Shown piece after piece: positions 62,092-64,000 of a stretch of DNA of 64,000 nt. The DNA comes from a virus. Taxonomy: Duplodnaviria > Caudoviricetes. Each line of letters opens with the position of its first letter. Positions within the stretch are counted from its first letter, which is position 1. The notes below the pieces were generated by a model. That model was not told the DNA's origin. It saw nothing but the letters and a program-made list of their open reading frames with translations, and searched no databases. Position numbers and translations under genes: made by a program. The DNA lies in IMG/VR virus record IMGVR_UViG_3300025909_000005, one strand, 5' to 3'.

Positions 62092-62444
62092 AGAAGCAAA
62101 ATCGCCTCGAGCTGCAGAACCTCTGCAGAATCAAGAAGGAGCAGCTCGCCACGCTAATCCAGCTCTACAACACCTGCTTCGAGCCTTATCAGGATCAAGC
62201 CCGTGAGTTAGCCCTCAAGCTGATGAACACGGACATCACCATCCTCGAGCGCATCATGACGGTCGCGTTCGACCCCGAGGAAAAGTCTGGTGACTCCATC
62301 GTGTGGAGCGACGCTCGCTTTCACAACTGGCACAACTACATTTCGAAGGACGTTCGCGCCATCTGGGACACGTTCACAGAGAAGCAGCAGCTCGTTCTCG
62401 AGAAACAGGCCCGACGCGAGGCCATGGCTGAGGAATGGGAGTGA
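62088..62444 (+). CDS. Hypothetical protein
   Basis: GTGA overlap; HNWHNYI..VRAIWDTF. Confidence 0.55.
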   Translation: MKKQNRLELQNLCRIKKEQLATLIQLYNTCFEPYQDQARELALKLMNTDITILERIMTVAFDPEEKSGDSIVWSDARFHNWHNYISKDVRAIWDTFTEKQQLVLEKQARREAMAEEWE

Positions 62445-62620
62445 CACCTAAGGAGACTCTTCAAGTCATTCTTGATACGAAGCTGAAGAAGTACAAGGAG
62501 CTGAACACCGCCGTTCGGCTCTCAATTGGCCTGCGCCACTTCGGTTTTCTCTTCGAGCTCATGACAGCTGAGGCACAGGAGATTGGAGCTCTGCGCGATG
62601 TCATTGCCAACATGGACTAA
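62441..62620 (+). CDS. Hypothetical protein
   Basis: GTGA overlap. Confidence 0.45.
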   Translation: MTPKETLQVILDTKLKKYKELNTAVRLSIGLRHFGFLFELMTAEAQEIGALRDVIANMD

Positions 62621-62762
62621 AATCTGGGAGACACTCAAGTCGTGGTTCCACTACACTCCTTCGATGCAGTGGGACATGGCCGCCAACACAATGTGGGTTG
62701 AAGGCTACACGGAGTTTGAGATCGAGCTGGAGCTAGGCCCACGCCCGAAGGACGAAGTGTAA
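62598..62762 (+). CDS. Small hypothetical protein (54 aa, absent from ORF track)
   Basis: MSLPTWTKIWETLKSWFHY...RPKDEV; GGAG upstream; fills the gap. Confidence 0.4.
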   Translation: MSLPTWTKIWETLKSWFHYTPSMQWDMAANTMWVEGYTEFEIELELGPRPKDEV

Positions 62763-62826
62763 CAGTTGAGCACCTCCGCTCAGGTTGGTGTATAATGGAT
62801 TCATACCAACCCACACGGACCCTCTC

Positions 62827-63267
62827 ATGCTGCACATTCGACTCGAAGCTGGTTTCCCCGTCGAAGTCACGTCCGAATTCCCCAAGGACGGCACCTGGTG
62901 CCCGAAGGGCGGCGTCGACGGCTGGATCAATCGCAACGACATCAAGTCTTTCGCGTACGCCCAGACCCTCGCACAGATCCTGACCGAGAAGTTCGGCACG
63001 ATCTACCTGGCCACTGACGCCGGTGAGAGCACCTCCCCGCGCTACGACGTGCAGGAAGCCCCGAAGGTCGGCGACAAGGTCTCCAAGTCCTTCAACGGCG
63101 ACTCCTACCCCTGCGGCACGATCGTGAAGATCACTCCGACGTGGCAGATCACGACCGACACCGGCGCCAAGTTCCGCCGCTACAAGGAATCCGGCGCCTG
63201 GCGCCAAACCGGCCGCGGCTTCTGGATGATCAGCGGCCACCACGACGAACGCAACCCGAGCTTCTAA
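62827..63267 (+). CDS. Hypothetical early protein
   Basis: TATAAT 62791-62796 upstream; PKVGDKVSKSFNGDSYPCG; high-GC codons. Confidence 0.65.
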   Translation: MLHIRLEAGFPVEVTSEFPKDGTWCPKGGVDGWINRNDIKSFAYAQTLAQILTEKFGTIYLATDAGESTSPRYDVQEAPKVGDKVSKSFNGDSYPCGTIVKITPTWQITTDTGAKFRRYKESGAWRQTGRGFWMISGHHDERNPSF

Positions 63268-63268
63268 C

Positions 63269-63463
63269 ATGCTGACCCAAATCATCATCAAGCACCAGGA
63301 CACCGTCCTGGTGAACTCGACGATTTTGCCGGGCGGCTTCGCTCCGGTGCCTGACATCGGCGACACAATCAAGATCGGTGACACGTTCGGCATCGTCGAG
63401 AAGCGCACCTTCGAGTACGCCAACGACTACACGCGAGTCACGATCCAGACTGCGAGGCTCTGA
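63269..63463 (+). CDS. Hypothetical protein
   Basis: VPDIGDTIKI...VEKRTF. Confidence 0.5.
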   Translation: MLTQIIIKHQDTVLVNSTILPGGFAPVPDIGDTIKIGDTFGIVEKRTFEYANDYTRVTIQTARL

Positions 63464-63726
63464 TGGCACGCGCACTCAAGTTTACCATCGGCTCGATCGG
63501 CTTCGTCGACTGGGCTGCTGGCCAAAAGGAAGAGGACGCCGAGGTTCGCGGCACGTTCGTGATCGCGCAGCGACTCCTGAAGATCGGCCATCCCGACCAG
63601 ATGACGCGTGACCAGTTCGCGGCGCACTTGGTCGATGCCTTCGAACGAGAGCTCGGCAGCTTCGAGGCCTACCTCGACGAAATGCGTGGTTCGCACCTCG
63701 ACCTGCCCGTCGCAATAAGGAAGTGA
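63463..63726 (+). CDS. Hypothetical protein
   Basis: TGATG overlap. Confidence 0.5.
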   Translation: MARALKFTIGSIGFVDWAAGQKEEDAEVRGTFVIAQRLLKIGHPDQMTRDQFAAHLVDAFERELGSFEAYLDEMRGSHLDLPVAIRK

Positions 63727-63727
63727 C

Positions 63728-64000
63728 ATGATCTCTCTGGAAGAAGCGCTGCAGCTGAAGCAGCGCACCCCCACCGACGTGGAGAAGGACATCGAGAACG
63801 GTTTCCAACGCTGGCTCCACGCAAAGCTTCCTGAAGACATCGCTGCTGCGGCGCGGTACGCGTACAGCACGATGGTGGACTACGGGCCTGAGGGCATGAA
63901 CCCGCGCGAGCACTGGACACAGCGCGAGGAGTACGTGAAGCGGCTGAACGACATCATCGGCCCGCACGGCCACGAGGCCCGTTTCATGCAGGCTTCCCGT
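63728..64000 (+). CDS. Hypothetical protein, truncated by window end
   Basis: AAGGA SD; open frame MISLEEALQLK... to the end. Confidence 0.5.
   Translation, partial: MISLEEALQLKQRTPTDVEKDIENGFQRWLHAKLPEDIAAAARYAYSTMVDYGPEGMNPREHWTQREEYVKRLNDIIGPHGHEARFMQASR

Noticed and set aside
1-64000. tRNA genes, CRISPR arrays, DGR/retron reverse transcriptase, integrase/transposase, stop-codon reassignment
   Set aside because: No cloverleaf-sized gaps with T-loop motifs, no repeat-spacer arrays, no YxDD or recombinase motifs seen by eye; core genes are intact in the standard code and TAA, TGA and TAG all end genes.

Overview
This window is part of a large, lytic T4-like (gp23-type capsid, contractile tail) phage genome, probably a jumbo myovirus, with about 55-58% GC in sampled lines. 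It holds most of the virion morphogenesis genes: baseplate hub, tape-measure-like protein, portal, prohead protease, scaffold, major capsid, neck gp13/14/15, sheath, tube, head-completion nuclease, small and large terminase, and tail fibres. Blocks of small early genes (about 18.4-33.1 kb and 61.8-64 kb) sit between them, under sigma70-type promoters. I found no tRNA, CRISPR array or transposon. Three things stand out. (1) About 25 accessory genes among the structural genes begin with one of two N-terminal tags, M(I/K)TFKQFLxE or MK(I/L)xELxE. The first resembles the T4 capsid-targeting/prohead-protease signal. Their likely cargoes are five paralogous ADP-ribosyltransferase-like proteins, a papain-like protease, a zeta-like kinase, a Cx5R phosphatase, an amidoligase, a GNAT and an HTH protein, so this looks like a capsid-packaged, injected effector arsenal. 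(2) The late promoter TAAATA is followed either by an ATG exactly 5-6 nt later (leaderless) or by a hairpin that covers the ribosome-binding site and would be lost from the late transcript. (3) There is a catalytically degenerate terminase ATPase paralog next to the real terminase, and a minimal PolA-like gene. All protein assignments come from motif recognition by eye; no database search was run.
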